Origin: the human T2T-CHM13v2.0 reference genome, Homo sapiens
DNA length: 64,000 bases
Assembly (NCBI RefSeq): GCF_009914755.1
Contig: NC_060933.1
Reading direction: 5' to 3' (one strand)
A program made the translations under genes and the position numbers. Shown piece after piece: positions 61,323 through 64,000 of the stretch; positions within the stretch are counted from its first letter, which is position 1; the number at the start of each line of letters is the position of its first letter. The notes beneath the pieces are model-generated. The model ran no database searches. It was not told the origin of the DNA and saw only the letters and a list, made by a program, of their open reading frames with translations.

Positions 61323-61867
61323 TGTAGTGTGGTAAATTTTGTGTGTCAACTGGACTGGGCCATGGAGTTCTCAGATAAACATATGGTTAAGCATTATTCT
61401 GGGTGTGTTCGTGAGGGTGTTTCTGGATGAGATTAACATTTGAACTGGTAAAGTGAGTAAAGCAGATTGCTCTCCCCAGTGTGGGTGGCCCTCATTCCAT
61501 CTGCTGAAGTCCTGAATGAACAAAAAGGCTGAGTAAGGGAGAATTAGATTTTTCCGCCTAATGGTTTTGGAGATTGGGATGTTGGTCTTCTCCTGCCTTC
61601 AGACATGGACTCGGACTGGAATTTATGCCTTCATCTCTCCTGTTTCTTAGGTTTTCAGACTTGATCTGGCACTATACCACTGGCTGCCCTGGGTCTCCAG
61701 CTTGCCAACTGCAGGGGAGTTGGGACATCTCAGCCTTTATAATCTTGTGAGCCAATACCTTATGATAAATATTTTTATATATTCATACATATATAGAAAA
61801 TCCCTGACACACACACACACACACACACACACAAATTGGTTTTCTCTAGAGAACCCTGGCAAATATA
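61323..61867 (+). mobile_element. MLT2C/D-type ERVL solo LTR with internal (CA)n
   Basis: gtgtcaactggactgggcca, gtgagggtgtttctggatgagattaacatttga, gagaaccctggcaaatata end, and (CA)n at 61807-61832. Confidence 0.85.
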
Positions 61868-62569
61868 TACATTTAACACAATGTAAAATGATTGTATACA
61901 AGTTGAATGTCAGTTGTAATATCTAATTAAATATTTATTAATTTAACTTCTTGTTAAGACTTAATTCTGTGCAGCAAGAGTGCTTGACAGTTAAAGTACT
62001 CCTGAACACCTCTACAACAAACCTGCTCTAGAGAAATTAAAGTAAAGCCAGGCCTAGGAAATTAATCTGGCAAGCTAGTTTATTGTTCTTGCGTCCTTCA
62101 CACTCATATTTAGGGCCTAGAATATTGGGTTCAAGTGGGTCATAGTTCTAAAAATTTCCTGGAAACATGAACCTTGTAATGACTTTATATATATTTTATA
62201 TATTTTTATTGATTTTCTCACTGGAATTTTTTAACATGAAAAAGTGAATATGTATTTGATAGAAAAGATTTTTTCTGAAGTCTGATGTATTCTTATGATA
62301 AATGAAAAGCCAGATTTTCATAATGATAGGCATATTACCTTTGAAGATTTTGATCACTTAAAGATAGACATAATCAAACTTTTTATAATAAAAAATAGAT
62401 TTTTCCCATTATTTAAACATGTATTTTGGTATACCTTTAGTTCTATGAGGTAAGAGGAAGAATTTCCCAAGCTCAGCACATAAAAGTTTATGTGAGAATA
62501 TTTTTGATTGTTCCATGAGTTATACATTTTCAGGAAATAGAATAAAATTCCTCCAAGATACATAGCTGC

Positions 62570-62770
62570 CATAAGCAACTGAGTGCCAAATTCTTTGCTG
62601 CTAAATGCTCTACATGCATTATCAAGTTTGTTCTTATAAAAACTCTGGAAGGTAGATATCATTCCTATTTTATAGAATAAAAAAATCTGCCTCAGAAAAG
62701 TTAATAAATTTGCTCAAGATCACCTTGACACTTAAAAGTAATCGGTGGCCAAGGTTTGAGCCAAGGTTTG
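62570..62770 (-). mobile_element. MIR
   Basis: gaaggtagatatcattcctattttataga..ctcagaaaagttaataaatttgctcaagatcac. Confidence 0.75.
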
Positions 62771-64000
62771 ATCTTAGCTCCATCTATCTCAAGACTCTGG
62801 TCTGCACTATCAGACTCCCCCAAAGATTAAAGGCAAAACAGTTTTCAATTTACCTAAAACACTGTTCAGTAATTCTCTCTGGACTCTGATTTTTTTCCTT
62901 TGCTTTACTTCAACCTATCTCTAGTAAGAGAAGTAGCTGAAGACTATAAAATGTGCTTTGTCTACATGTATGGAATACGGGAGGAAAAGAAAAATGCCTT
63001 CATAAGACAACAAGTCGATGACAAAGCTGGGAATTAAAAGTTTTAATTTTGCCCAGCTCATCAAATGCAGAATTGACACATCTTTTTTTTGTGAGGCCAC
63101 TTTTCATATTTGAATCTAAGATAAGTGATGTAGTGAGATAATGTAATTTTCCTTCATTGCCTCCAGTCTTTGATTAAAGAATTATAGCCTTGCTTTGAAA
63201 AGTAGGCATTTTTCAGTGACTCATTAAACTAATCATGAATTTTATTCCACTTCCTTTTGTAGTGGAACTCTTGTCCTTAGGCCTCCTTTAAGAACATCAT
63301 ATAAAACCTTACTAATGCTAATATTAACAAGCACATAAACTGTTATAATAACCACTCCTAAAGAATTTACATAGACTAATGCATTCATGCTTATTTTCAA
63401 CGACTATACATCAAGTATGTACAAGATTGAAGTTCCACAACGCAAGACCTTCCCCTACACAGATGAAAAGTCAAGGGACAAAGAAGGAGAGAGAAGTATC
63501 AACCCAGTTCCAATATGTAAGGACTGTTATTTGTCTAAGAAAAAAAATGGGTTATTTCTCGCTAATGGTCAGTTTCACTAAGAGTTTCTCCCTCCACTAT
63601 CAGTAAGTCTCAAAAAGGCCTGGCTTCTAGGAGGCAGTGGTCTGTTCAGTCATGCCTGAAGCTATTTTTCAGGTTAGTTAAGTATCAAAAAACTTAGAGC
63701 AGTGCTGCTGAGTGCATCATTATCTGCCAGTGAAGAGAGAGAGCCACAGTTGTGCAGCTAAGTGATGCAGGGTATGGACCTTAGCAGTAACTCTACCAGC
63801 ATCTCAGTTATTACTAAAAAAGTCACCAGAGACATAACCCTGGCCATTGGCATTTTGCTTTTGGCAAAAACCTTGGCTTCCAACAGCTTTCTACAGCTGT
63901 TTAAAACACAGTTTACATATACCTTATTTATATAGTATAGACAAATAGTGGATACATGTGCATGTGGAATAAAGTATCCTTAACTCAAATTGTGTGGGTA

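Overview
AT-rich, repeat-dense primate genomic DNA. It is almost certainly human, because it contains an L1HS-Ta element with the human-specific ACA diagnostic. I recognise no host protein-coding exon, RNA gene or CRISPR array; the long ORFs are LINE-1 derived. Content: a near-full-length minus-strand L1HS Ta-0 (36513-42477) with open ORF1, intact ORF0, an RT-dead frameshifted ORF2 and no YY1 site; 5'-truncated L1PA5-, L1PA3-, L1PA8A/10- and L1PA13-16-like copies; Alus; MaLR/ERVL solo LTRs; hAT MITEs; L2 and MIR relics. The most notable structure is the L1PA3 copy at 19997-22488. (1) It is split by a 1.1-kb non-L1 insert with its own poly(A) signal, A-tail and perfect 16-bp TSD, built from much older repeats, which fits an orphan 3' transduction or retrocopied 3' UTR. 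(2) It carries a 361-bp tract identical to L1HS, a probable gene conversion. (3) It ends in a short 3'-transduced tag. Subfamily assignments come from remembered consensus diagnostics and need RepeatMasker/Dfam confirmation.
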